Source: Calcarisporiella thermophila CBS 279.70
Taxonomy: Eukaryota > Fungi > Calcarisporiellomycota
DNA: 64,000 nt
Assembly: GCF_041956535.1 (NCBI RefSeq)
Contig: NW_027192223.1
Span: 157,952 to 221,951, forward strand
Reading direction: 5' to 3'
Both the position numbers and the translations under genes were made by a program. This document shows positions 41,846 to 54,737 of this stretch, piece after piece; within the stretch, counting starts at the first letter, position 1; each line of letters begins with the position of its first letter. The notes under the pieces are model-generated. The model was not told the origin of the DNA and ran no database searches. It saw nothing but the letters and a program-made list of their open reading frames with translations.

Positions 41846-43913
41846 CTACCACACATCCTGCTTATTTTCCTTGCCCAGCTTTGGCTTGTCGGTGAAGGTG
41901 ACGCTCCCGGAGGCGGCCACCCCAAGCTCCTCAAAGAGGATCAGCTCGTTCTCGCCCTTCTTGAGCAGATTCGAGGGCACATACAGGGTGATCTGAGGCC
42001 CCACTGCGGGCCAATATCGCCCCAGATTAAAGCCATTCACCCACGCAACGCCCTTTTTCCAGCCCGTGACGTCAAGGAAAGTGTCTTTCTCGGTGTTTGT
42101 CACGGTGAAAGTCGCACGGTGGAAGGAGGCGCCGTCGACCTTGGATTTGCCCTTGCCTGCACTCTCGCGAATAATTTTGCTGAGCTTCTTTGGATCATCG
42201 AGCGGAAGGAAATAGTTTTGCCACCCATACTGGTACATGCCTCCAATGAGAACTTTTCCGGATGAGAGCCCCTTGATATCGCCCGTATCGGGACCGAAAT
42301 TGATACGGCCCATATTCTCAACAAGAATATCAAGGGTGTGAGAAGCGGCATCAAACGCTAGTGTGCGCGAACTAGGTGCACCGCCGACCATTGGGCGCGA
42401 CACAGTTCCGATGAACTTGGAGTCCAGCCAGATGAGCCCATAGTCGTGTAGATCCCGCGGAGTGAGAGTGTTCCTACCCAAGGGCCCAGTTACGTTTGTG
42501 CGATAGTGCATGAATCCGTATGATTCCATTGGCAGCGGACTTGAAGACTTCTCGACCTTGGTGGCAAGCTTGGAGAAGATGTCCAAATAAGCAACCGATT
42601 GCGCGATCTTTATTTCGCCCAGACTCTGCTTTGGCATCTCTGCTGGAACACTAATGTTGGCGTTGTGGCCATATTTCTTGAACAGAGCCTGCAACTTGAA
42701 GTACTTGTCGGTGAGGTCTCCATTCTCAGCGATAGGAGCGTCGTAGTCGTATGATGTGATGTGCGGCTGGAAAGTGTAGTTGCCGACACGGCCCGCTGTG
42801 TTGGCACCATTCATAAACCCGAAATTCGTGCCGCCGTGTACCATATACAAATTAAAGGAAATGCTTGTGTTCGCCTGTAAAAACTTTTCCACCACATCAA
42901 CCACCCCCTTTTGCGTGGAGACTCCCTGAAATCGCTCGCCCCAGTGAGTGAGCCATCCGTCCCAGTACTCACCGACCAGCACATTGGTTGCATTGTTGGC
43001 CTAAAGACGAATATCCCCATCTTAACAAGAGTATCTCAATGACTTCAATCGCCATTTAGAGACTTACTTTTCGCGCAGCATCCAGTTCGCCCTCCATCCC
43101 ATCAAGCCCTCCAAAATTCGCAGCGCCAAAGTAGTATTTGTGCTTCCCGCTCTTGTCTGGAACCCGCCCACCAAATTTCATGGACGGCAGACCTCCGTCG
43201 GCGGTGAAGATCAGCACATCTATCCCGCCCTTCAAAATAGAGTCTCGAAGACTTGTTTTATACGCCATGTCATTTCCATACGAGCCATACTCGTTTTCAA
43301 TCTGAAAGGCAATGACAGGACCCCCCCTCGTATGCTGTCTCCTTGATATAATGGGGAGGACCTTATCAAAGTATTCTTGGACATGCTTGAGGTATTTTGG
43401 GTCAGACGAACGAATATGCACATCAGGTTGATTAGTGACCCAATAGGGAATACCTCCGTTCTAAGTTAAAAAAAAATATAGGAACATGAAGTACGAGCTT
43501 AATGTGCAAGTGCCACACTGTATCCATTTTACCTCCCACTCAGCGCAAATGTATGGGGAAGCTCTTATAATAGCCTTCATACGATGCTTTCCGATCAGGT
43601 CAATATAAGCTGCCAGGTCTAAATTGTCCTGGAAATTGAATTTTCCCTTTTCGTACTCATGAGAGTTCCAGGGCACATAAGTGTCTATCGCATTGAGGCC
43701 TAGGGCTTTGGCTTTAAGGATGCGGTCCTCCCAGTATTTACGTGGGACCCGGAAATAATGGATTGAGCCAGAGCGCACCTGGTAGGGCTGCCCGTCCAAA
43801 AGGAGATTATTCCCTACCCACTCCACTGATCTCTTCTTATTCTGCCCAATCTCACCAACCGACAGCGCCGCCGAGCAGAGAATGATAAGGATAGGAAGCG
43901 GAGAGAACTTCAT
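41846..43913 (-). CDS. Secreted GH35 beta-galactosidase (~642 aa)
   Basis: Signal peptide, 'SGSIHYFRVP', 'TYVPWN.HE', 'PYICAEW', acid/base 'QIENEYG', nucleophile 'GEYWDGW', 'NLYMVHGGTNFG' and 'TSYDYDAPI'. Introns at 43461-43532 and 43001-43067. Confidence 0.93.
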
Positions 43914-45347
43914 TAAGAAAGGAAAGAATAATGAAATAAATCAGTATATATCAAGAACGCTTAATCTGGTTGCGAAATAAGGAATTGTAGCATCGCTTGG
44001 TCATTTTTATAAAATCCTTATTCGCACTCACTACTAAGGCCTAGCCTTATTGTATCGTGAGAGCGTGTCACCGTGTGAGAAGAGAAATTTTGGGGGAAAT
44101 TGGTGATGAACTAATGATGACCGTAATATGTAAGAGGTTTCATAGAGTTTGTTTAACTTTTATCCTTGGTGACACAGTAAAGCTATAAGGGACCAGGCAT
44201 GACCCATGATGGTTACCTTCACACTGCAGGCACATTCTTTAGTATTTTTTTTACCTTGCGGGGCGTACATGTGTATATTCTCTCTTCTGCGTCTGAGTTA
44301 AATTACATGTGCTTTAGATCATGAACTAAAAGAGGAGATGGCTTTGGGTTTGGGATCGCTTTATGTAAAAATAAAATAGGGAGGAAAAAAAGGAAATATT
44401 GACAAGCTTCTAGCTATGTATCCTCCCTTTTTTTTTCATTCTCATCTATGGGAATATATTGAAAGTATAATTATTATATTCTGAAGCTGAAGCTAACCCC
44501 ATTTTCGCGTTATCAAATAGAAGTCTTTCCACTATACCTTAGGTTAAAGAGATTAACCGTAGTGGAACGGTGATGTGTCCTGAAAAATTGATTTACTCAT
44601 CCACCTACAGTAAAATCACCTCTTAAAATCAATTGCAGAGCTTAACCTGATGGGTTTAATGTATTAAAACTCAATATAAATTGCTATGTATTGTTCTGTG
44701 CACGTGTTCTTTGTTTTACAACATCACAACCTCTAATGCATCCCTAATAGGCAAATTCAGAGTAAAACATATTCTAGTGACATTAGAAATGGAATCGGAT
44801 TTCACCAAATCAAACGGTTGATTCTATTGGCATCAGTCTAATCGTCGCAAAATCAATATTGACTAGTTGATATCCTGCATCTCACGACGGTAACACCATA
44901 TTATTTACTGGCGAAATTTCCCATTAGAACAAAAAAGATAAAGTTGCAGATGACAATTTTATATATGGCTTAGTTCATATGAAGTGAATAGATCGCATCT
45001 TGAATCTCTATGGAGTTTTCAAGTACTATTTGGAAATAAAGTAAAGCTGGTGATATACTCTGAGGGAGAATATCCTATAAATATGCAAGGAGAAAGATGC
45101 CTTTATAGGCATTTCCGGCCTACATAATTCATTTTTGAGTATCTGATTTTTGAAAATTTGGATATCTTGATTGATTAACTGCATATCTTTCCGGTTTGAT
45201 TTTCCAAATTTCTCTGGGTATATGCACTGCACCGAGTCCTAGAATTGTTCCTCTAATAGTTTGCAAAGAAAGTAAAGGTTATATTATTATATATTTGTAA
45301 AAGGGAAAAAAATGTACATTAAAATAAAACAAAAAAATTTTGCGACA

Positions 45348-47888
45348 TCACTGCCATAACCATTTGCCTGCTGAAGACACGAGATGTTTGATTTGGTCCC
45401 GTTTCCTCACATGTGCATGTGAGGGTCCCTCAATAGCTGTTGACGCATTCTCCTCGCTTAACCACCATCCTTCTTCATTCATCTCCGCCAATGGTACCGA
45501 TGACGCCGGCCGGCCAATTAGCTTATCTACGGCCCAACTAGTTATCGATGATGGTGTCTTCGGTTTAAGTGCCTCTTCCGCCTCCAGAGCTTTCAACCGC
45601 TCCCAGTATTGCAAAAGCTCTGCCATATTTTCTTTCGGGCAGAGTGAAATGGCATGACCTGCAAGAATAGTTCTCTCAGCGGCTGGTGCCTCTTCCAATT
45701 TTGCAGCTTCAAAACAAACTCTCCATGTAATATCCGTAGCCTCCTCTGCAATCCTAGCCAAATCCTCGCCTTTTTCTTTTTTTCCGACCAGCTGACGCTT
45801 CGACTGCTTGCGCGTGCGCCATACAAGTTCAACGAGTTGTGTACACAGTCTCTTCGCCGTCTCAAAATCTCCCTCATTTAACGCGGCATCGGCTAGCATG
45901 GCAATTACCCTAACTTCCGCCATCCGATCTCCTTGAAACCCAAGTTTTCTCGTTATTTGAAGAATTTTGGTGGGTTGACGGTAGGCTCCTGTATTGGTAG
46001 CTAGCAGACGCGCAATTAAATCTAGACGATTCGACGACATTCGTACTTGGATCGGCAGGATTGCGAGTCCAGGCTTAAAAAATATTTTATAGTCTGTTGT
46101 GAGAGTATGGGTTGCCTCGATAAGCTCGAGCTCTGCGCGAATAGCCGGCGTAGTGGGAACGACATGCAAACTGTTGTAGAAGAAGATTATTTCAGATCCA
46201 AATTAGGAAAAATGCCGCCTTGCTTTATGATAATAATAAAAATTACCAATCATAGGCCATCTTCATGTTGCCATTCAACATGTTTCCGGAGGTAGAATTA
46301 TCAAAAAACTCTCGAGCAGTATCGATCACCAGTTGTTCGGCTACAGCTGGTTCCAATGGACGCATCTTATTTCCAGAGGTTGGGAAGAGAATCTCTCTCG
46401 CAAGTGAGAACCCTAAATAAATGGTTCGGGTATGATGAGAAGTGCATTATATCAAATCACCTCAGTTTAATTGTGTACGTTACCACCACTGCCCAATAAA
46501 GCCTTCAAAAATTCAGTATAAACCTCTTCAATCTTCAACTCCCCTAAGACGCCACGACCTTGGTCCTGTAAATTTAACAAGTCCTCCAATAGGCGCATCC
46601 ACTTTTCATCAGTGGCATATTCGCTCACTCCTCGACGTGCCATCCGTAAGCACAGTTGTTTTTGCATATCATGGTTCCTGCTACTTTCGAGGAACCATCT
46701 CAAAGGAACAGCTGTGCGCTGTCGGTGCATCACCTCAGCCGATAAAAGATGCACTTCGAGTTGATCGATTGCAGAGCGAAGAGCAAGGATATTCCAACCT
46801 TCGAGTTGTGCGTAGATATCGTGTGGTGTGGCAATACGCTTGGTATCAATTCGCTGTATATGCTCATTTTTCTTATTTTGCTCCTCATGGTTTTCCTTAT
46901 TGCTTCCAAGATCATGTGGGATACTTTCAAATAGGCGACTCATAATTGGCCAGGAATGTGTTGCTGAGCTGCCGTAAGTGCACGAAAGTACGAGTCGCAT
47001 TAGAACTTCATCCTTTAAAACTAACTGGTCGTCTGAAGAGGTTTTTAACTCCTCAAGTATGACACAGCAATCTCCTAGGCGATCTTGAGCTAAATCTAAT
47101 AGATAGTTACATAACACACTCATTGGGTTTTCATGTTCACGATTATTCTGCAACCACCGAGATTGAAGTACCCGAAGATATGGCATCACAAAATGTCTTA
47201 CATCATTTGCTATGCGATCCGACGTTGTCTCACAAAGTAGAGTCGCGATGACTTCCTTCGGTGATAGTGTCTCGAAACTAGCGAAATCTAGATCTAGATT
47301 AGCGCGTGACGTAGGGCAACAATCGTAGACTACGTGTGATAGCATATTTAAGTCTTGAGAAAGATGCTCTAAGCCGTGTACACCCTTGGAAATTGCAAGT
47401 TGTACAAATCGTAATGCGTATTCAACGTTCCCAGACCAGCGTTCGATCTCATGAGCGCGCTCAACATACCATTGCGACATGAATTCTGTAGATGCAGGAA
47501 ATTCGATCTCGGGGACTGTGGAAACTCCTGAAATTGCGGGTATTATTGAACAATCTATTCCGACTGCCATATCTCTTTCTCCTTCCCCTTCTAAGAAAGT
47601 TTCTTTTATCTGGTCCAAGAGTTCCATCAAGGCTGATTTGCCTTCCCAATCAGGTTCCATGCTTGGATCCTTGTGATCTTTCCACCATTGCACTTCTAAA
47701 TTATCGGGACCAATTCCAGGTAGAAGGTAAGCAAAAGAATCAGGATTTGAAGTTTCCGGGATTTGTTCAAGAATTGCAAATCGATAAGGGAGAATATCTG
47801 AAGAGTGATGGATGAAAAGAAATTGCACTGCCTCGAAGATTTCTTCTCGGGCATATACTGCCGCGAGACGTGCAAGATAATGTTGCAT
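45348..47888 (-). CDS. SEC39: Sec39/NBAS-family ER tether (Dsl1 complex) protein
   Basis: 'A..YA.E...A...LF..H...ILPYRFAILEQIPET', 'WYVERAHEIERWSG', 'AREFFDNS..GN', 'I.AELELIEATH.L' and 'LPIQVR'. Two introns. Confidence 0.85.
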
Positions 47889-49035
47889 TTCTTTAACTAT
47901 TCTCTTAAATTAGATATCAATCTAATCTCACCCCAATATATCTCTTTTAGAACGCGAAAATTATTTGGCTGTCTCTTATGTGACTGTTTTCTCTCCAGTT
48001 TTTAACAAAAATCATACGTCTCTAAAGTCAAAAATAACATTTTGAACATTTTCTTCGTGTGCATTCAATTAACAATAAATTGAAAAGTAATATTCATAAC
48101 ATTTCAAGGTATAGTTAATCTGATTAATCTCTTATAAAATAAAAAAAATACTCGACGTGTATATAGCTATCTGAAATGTATTTGGCTTGGCAAATTTTAA
48201 AGAATAATTTGGAGAGCAGGAGCGTTCTTTACAATTTTCTTTGCAGGTATCACTACCTGACTGCAAAACCACGATTGCAATTTCTATTTTCATTTATCGC
48301 TTCATTCACAAGTCTATTTATCAGAACCTCCTTGCCCAGTATTCAAAATATCCTTCTCCCGAGCAAAATTCACTTATTAAAGATATTGATATATCTGGAA
48401 ATACTCAGCCAACGCTTAGGATACTTTCATCAGCCCGATTTGCGGCAGACGACGTTGAATACTAATTTGTGTTGCTTGATAATAAGACGAACACAATCAT
48501 TAGCGCTTAATCATACTCGTCAAAACCACTATGGTGCCTATCCAAGAATCACCAGTTGGAATGGGAACGCGAAACTTACGGGCCTTTCGCAAATCCCCAT
48601 ATTCATTAGCCCACCCACTCAAGTAATTATTCATTGGTCCTAGACAAGCCAGGATATACTTGAGGATTTTTATACGAAGATTATTTTCGGCGTACGAGTC
48701 TAGTTAAATATTCTAGCAAGCTTTTTAGTGGCCAATAGATATTCGATCAATCTCTAAGAGTAGACAATCCTTTCGTTTAGCTTACAGCGGAAGAAAATTA
48801 CATAAACATATGTTCGATCCAAGTTCAGTTTTTACGTTGTCTTTTGAGGTCGTCGATACCTCTAAGTTTTGAAACGAATTTATATTGCCCAATTATTTCG
48901 CTATAGGTATGATACTGGTTATGCAATGAAATAGTAGTCACAAGTGACTGTTTCTAGCATTAGTTGTTTATATTCAAATCCTGAATAGGCAATTAACCAA
49001 TCCATAGTTCTAGAGATTTGCTAATTCATATAGAG

Positions 49036-51158
49036 ATGACTAAAAGTAATATTCAGTGATTAGCGGATCGGTACAAACACCCATTAATCTAAACGTTTTT
49101 TATATATAGAAGCGTCAAAGCGACAGGCGCATTTGAAGCGAAGAGATCAGCAAACACACAGTAAGCTCCATGCCCTGAATTCTCTTCGAGCTCGACTTAT
49201 AACTTAATATTGGAACTCATTCTAATTAGAATTAAAGAAGGATCCAGGGGTTCCCGACTTAAAAGCTTTCAAGGATAGGCTCGCCTCCACCGCAAAAAGC
49301 AAGAAAATTGGTGAAGAACGCGACCGTCAAAGAGAAGCTCGAAGCTCTATCCAGAATCAAGGTCGATCGCTATCCATCGCAACATCTGCGTCCCTCAATG
49401 GCATGCTTAAAGAAGCCGCGAATCGGGCGAATTCCTTTGTTGCTCATTCATCTGATGACAATATGTTTGGTTCAGCAATAGAAGAAGCAGCTGCAACTGG
49501 CAAGAAAGATAATTCAAGAAAAGCCTATTTTAGAGAGTTCAAAAAAGTTCTCGAAGGAGCAGATGTAATATTGGAAATACTTGACGCAAGAGATCCTCTT
49601 GGTACAAGAACCAAGCAGGTTGAAAGAATGATAATGGATAGTGGAGTGAGTAAACGAATCATATTGGTGCTGAATAAAATCGGTAGCTATTTTCAAGCAT
49701 AGGTAGAGGTTTATACTTTTGGCTTATTATTTTTTAATTTAGATCTAGTCCCCCGCGAGAATGTGGAGCAATGGCTTAAATACCTTCGTAATGAATACCC
49801 TACAGTTGCTTTCAAGGCATCTACTCAAACTCAGCGATACAACCTTGGGCAACGTAGTGGTTCCGCCCTCGCACCCACTGCAGCACTCAATAGTAGCGAA
49901 TCTCTCGGTGCCGATGCACTTATTCAACTCCTCAAAAATTATAGTCGCAGTGCCAATATGAAGAGCTCTATTTCAGTTGGTGTGCTTGGATTTCCAAATG
50001 TGGGAAAGAGCTCAGTGATCAACTCATTAAAACGAGCAAGAGTATGTGGTGTTGGAGCTACGCCTGGATTTACTAAAGTGGCCCAAGAAGTGCACCTAGA
50101 TAGAAATATTAAACTACTGGACTGCCCAGGTATAGTCTTCAGCACAGGGGAGGACGGAGAGACAGCTGCGGAGGTATTATTGCGAAATTGTGTTAAAGTG
50201 GAGTTATTAGAAGACCCAATTGCCCCTGGTAAGTGTGCGCCTATATCTAGATATATTCGTTAAGATTTGGGGAAACGTGGGCTAACTAAGTTTTATTATT
50301 TTTTTACAGTCGGCGTAATACTCTCCCGTTGCAACAAGGAACAGCTAAAGTTAATGTATAAGGTGCCTGATTTCGATACAACTGAACAATTTCTTGCATT
50401 ACTCGCACAACGCCGCGGCAAACTTAAGCCTGGTGGAATTCCCGATTTGACATTGGCAGGTCGTCAAGTGCTAAATGACTGGAACTCTGGGCGCATTAAA
50501 TATTACACTATCCCCCCTGCTGTAAAGGGCCATATTGGAGCTGAAGTAGTGCAGGCATGGAGTACAGAATTCGAGCTCTCTGAAGCTGATCGTATTTTGG
50601 AAGGAGTTAAGAGCCAAAAGGAATTCGACGAGTTAATGATGGTAAGGCAGTTGATAAGCATTTTCAAGTAAAATGTGCTAACTCCCTATTGCAGGCAGAT
50701 GATGAGTTTGCAGATGGTATGGCCGACGATGAAATTGCTGCAGAACAAGTGTATGTTGATAGTTTGATTCAAATTAAATCCATTGAAACTGTCTGATATA
50801 TTTTTCTCTAACCGATAGTATGGATATGGACGGAGACTCCATCTCAGCACATAATAATACTTCTGACAGGTCTATTCCTGTGGTCGACCTCCAGCCCATA
50901 GTCAAATCCACCATTGCTGCCAAGCCGCAACGTCTTTTCACTGATGCCGAGAAAGAGCTAAACCAACAGTCAAACAAACAGCTTCGAAAGAAACAAAAGC
51001 AAGATAAGAAAAGAGCAAGAAAGATGGCTGCTCTCTATGGAGAGCCAGGGGAGGAGGAGATGGAGGAGGACGATGAGCCTGTCAACTTTGGAGAGTTTAG
51101 TTTTTCACAATTGCCACAAGATGAGCTACCTCATTCAGATGAAGACGAAGAATTATAA
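49036..51158 (+). CDS. NUG1: Nucleolar GTPase Nug1/GNL3 (circularly permuted YlqF/YawG family)
   Basis: N-terminal 'KKDPGVP', '[12 protein letters not shown]', NKID, 'GFPNVGKSS' and 'LLDCPG'. About 7 exons. Confidence 0.93.
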
Positions 51159-51439
51159 CCATTCCATTATATCTCAATCTACTTTATTAATAAAAGTGTA
51201 TTTATTATCCATCCTTGAGCGATTGGAAGGGAATTTTTTATTCTTAACCGCTAATTTTGCAAGCATAAATAAGGATTCTCTAGGATTCATTTTATAATTA
51301 TCCTAAAGATAATACAGCGCGAGACATTATTAACTGAAGGAGAGATGAATTTATGAAGTATTGGCATGCTACATAATTAATGAGGGGAATTGGAAAGTGG
51401 AAAATATATGCTTAATAGCTATATGATGAACTTTATAAT

Positions 51440-52279
51440 TTAGATTCCACCACTCAATCTCCCGAGAAGACCACCGCCGAGTCTTCCGAGAAGACCACCA
51501 CGCGCAGTAGAGCCATCGGAGCCGCTCGCAGAAGCTCCTCCAGATGGTCCAACGGCACCATTCAATGGGTTAAGATTCACTGGCTGCAATACATTTCCGA
51601 CGCGTTCATTACCAGATGGAGAGCTTGCATCCGCCACAGCGCGGGAGAGTCCTTGTGCGGTATTGACGATTTGGCCAAGTGGGTCACGGATCGTATCGAG
51701 GATGGTGTCACGGAGACCAATGGGGTCCAAAAAATCCCTTTGACGCTTCTCAAGATGACGCTTCTTTTTCTCGGAATCATCACTATCACCGCCGCCTCCT
51801 CCACTAACCTTGATCCAAGTGCAGCTTGCAAAACCGGTCGGGCTTTGTACTCGCAGCAAGCATGCCCCATTCGGGCCTTGACAGTTTACTTGGGGCATCT
51901 GCAATGCAATCTGATAAGTTCCTCTGGCTCCAATTCCCAGTGCACCTGGTGCACTCCTTGTTACTTGAACCGGGGTACTAAAGCTCGACCCGGTGCCGGA
52001 AGTGTCAAGGAAAGCCCTGAGAGGGCCTCCACCATCGATGTTCGCAACACGCCAAGTCATGCCAGCGTTCTGTCCGGCGGCGAAAGAGGGGATATCACCA
52101 GATGGCTGAGGGATCTGAACTCCAGTACCGCAAGGCTGCGCAGAAGTAAAACGCACGCAGTCAATGGTGCTGTCTGGAACACGGACGTTGAATCCTCTAG
52201 GGTCAAGGAGTTTGCCATGGCCCAGGGCAGTTCCAACCAAAGTGGCGAGAAGAGAAAGTTGTATAAAGGTATTAACCAT
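51440..52279 (-). CDS. Secreted Egh16/GAS1 (DUF3129)-like protein with N-terminal His and a Kex2-type cleavable C-terminal extension
   Basis: Signal peptide ends ALG|H. Motifs 'MT.RVAN.DGGGP..A.LD..GTG..F' and 'C.G...ACLLR..S..GF.SC'. KKKRHLEKR is followed by a Gly/Leu-rich tail. Confidence 0.65.
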   Translation of the reverse strand: MVNTFIQLSLLATLVGTALGHGKLLDPRGFNVRVPDSTIDCVRFTSAQPCGTGVQIPQPSGDIPSFAAGQNAGMTWRVANIDGGGPLRAFLDTSGTGSSFSTPVQVTRSAPGALGIGARGTYQIALQMPQVNCQGPNGACLLRVQSPTGFASCTWIKVSGGGGGDSDDSEKKKRHLEKRQRDFLDPIGLRDTILDTIRDPLGQIVNTAQGLSRAVADASSPSGNERVGNVLQPVNLNPLNGAVGPSGGASASGSDGSTARGGLLGRLGGGLLGRLSGGI

Positions 52280-52892
52280 CGTTATAGAAGATGCTTAATG
52301 ATGCAGGATGCAAAAAGGATGAAAAGAGGGAAAATGTGAATGCAAATGCGGATGTTAGGAGTTGCGTTGCCAGATTTATGTGATTTCTTTCCTCCCCTTC
52401 CTCCCTCTTGCCGCCTGTTAATATACCACCAAGAATCGTCGCACATATTCTATCCATGTCCCACACACCCAGTGCTTTAAATTAGTTCCAACCAAGACGT
52501 TGCTGTGGAAAAATATTAATAGATTTGAGATTTTTTTAGATGCGATATTTTTAATCTTTTAAAGGAATGGGTTTTCTATTTTATTTAAGTTTTCCTTAAC
52601 ACAAATGTCCGTGCGCTGCTAAAAGGGTCTGTTCGGAAATGCGTTTTCCAACTTTGTCTTTCTCTCAGCTCGAATTATTGACGAAGATACGTTTCCGGCG
52701 ATGGGTCAGCGAGTCCTTTTTTTTTATTCTGTCCTGGGTTAAACAGTAGAGGGTTTGTGCTCGTGCCCGAGAAATTCTCGGTGAATAATCGTCTAAAATT
52801 AAAACCAATGAGAAGAAAATGGCTTGGCGGCAGTCACAAATGTATTCATCGAGGCTGCTATATTTGCGTTTATTACCTAAATCAGTAAATCC

Positions 52893-54058
52893 ATGGATCC
52901 TACATCTAGTGTCATTTATGATAGTGATGAAAGTACAGACTTGTATGATGGGCGAAATGAAGATACAGGAGAGTCCGAAAGTGATTCTTCGATAAATTCA
53001 GATCCAATCATCCTTGTAAGTGACAGCGAAGAGGAAAGCATACCTTTGAGCCCATCCCTTTCAACTGAACCTACAGCATCTCCATTGCAAGCAGCCGCAC
53101 TCCAAGATAAACGCCGACGCCCTAGCCTCACATCACCTAGTGATACAGACTCTGATCATGAAGAGAAAGAAATAATCCATGCGACCGAAATCCCATCCCG
53201 CGTGTTTGCATTATATACTAAATCTCGTCGAGTTCCATGCCATCGCTGTATTCTCCTTGGCCTCCCATGCGATCGGTATAGAAGAACTCGAAAGAATAAT
53301 AAATTTCATACATGTACTCACTGTGTGCGATCAGGACGACCCTGCCGGAGGGGCCGTGTTCAGCCTTGCAGAAACTGTAGAGAAAAAGGCTATGTTTGTG
53401 ATCAACGCTTTCCACAATGTAGTTCTTGCCAAAGATTGGACGAAAAATGCCGCTTTGGAAGAGTAAGAGCATTTCCAAATGGGTTCGAGGTGATTGAAAC
53501 GGTTGCGCGCTCTCACCTGGAGCGTATTACAATGTTACATGACGATCCAGCGAAGACAAAGCGTAACCGGCTGGCAAGTAGGTATCAGAGTAGAATGCGG
53601 CAAATTGAGTTAGGCGCAAGTGAAATGCCAGCGACTTACTCGCGACGGCATCAAGTTGATCTCTTTAGTGGTCCTGAAATCCCAACAAGTCAAGATATGA
53701 GAAATACATTCATTGATAATGTAAAGACTATCATTATTTCTATAATTTCTAATTGTGCCCAACGAGGAGCGTAATATCTTAATATTGTTAATAGGATTTA
53801 TTAGAAAGTATTGAGCGCTATGCAATGGATTATTTTCATCGAATTGATTGTTCTCATCCGGATATGTATGGCAGTATGGATGGATCGGCTGTATTAGCAA
53901 GTGGTTTGTTAATTTTTTTTCTTGCATCGGAAGCATGGCAACAATTTAATATGATTCTACGTTATTTAGCATTTCTCTTGAAAGAATATGCAAAATTTCT
54001 CGTGGCCGATATCTTTTCCAAAGATACACAAGGTATTGAATTTTATTTGTTCTACTAA
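52893..54058 (+). CDS. Protein with tandem Zn(II)2Cys6-like clusters and a C-terminal Rrn10(UAF)-like motif; 3' end uncertain
   Basis: Two CxxC-x6-C-xn-CxxC-x6-C clusters. The spliced C-terminus reads 'DNDLLESIERYAMDYF...MYGSMDGSAVLASAFLLKEY'. Confidence 0.6.
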
Positions 54059-54737
54059 TCAGGTATAAAGATTTTAAATGTTTCCAAAATTAATAGCTAC
54101 ATTTTCCAATTGCGAACTTTCTAATCTTGAAGTTTGTGTGGAGTGACTGTATAAATATTGCATATATTCTTTAATTTTGAAATAGCAAATGTATAATGAT
54201 TCTTTTTCATCGACTCTCTTGTATTCCCTAACCCTTGCCGTCGCGATGCGACTGCATACCATTGACCAAATTATTTTTATGAAATGAATGAAATTATTAT
54301 CAAAGCAATTGCTAATCTTTACACCTATGCTTCTGCCTCGAGGTTGAATCAAATTAAGCATATTGGGATTTACCTCCGCGACATGTTTTCCGTTTCGGAA
54401 CCCGAAATTAACAATGCATCTTCGAGTTGTAGCAGGTTTTCACAGCCGCTTCTTTCTTTTTCATTTCGCCTCTGTAAGATGCGAGGAAAAAACAAGTTTT
54501 TAGAAGAGGGGTTTTGTGGAGTTTTCGTGATATTGTTGGCTCACTGTAACACTCAATACATGTTCTTTTAATATTCACTTCCTTTTGTTTTCACGCACTT
54601 GCACCGACTCTCTAACTACTTTCTTTTGTTTCCACCTTATTGCACTATATCATTCTCTTTTTTTTTTTTGTTTTCACTCATTTACCCTTATTTATTTATT
54701 CTTTTGTACACTACCCTTCTTTAACACCAATATCGCA

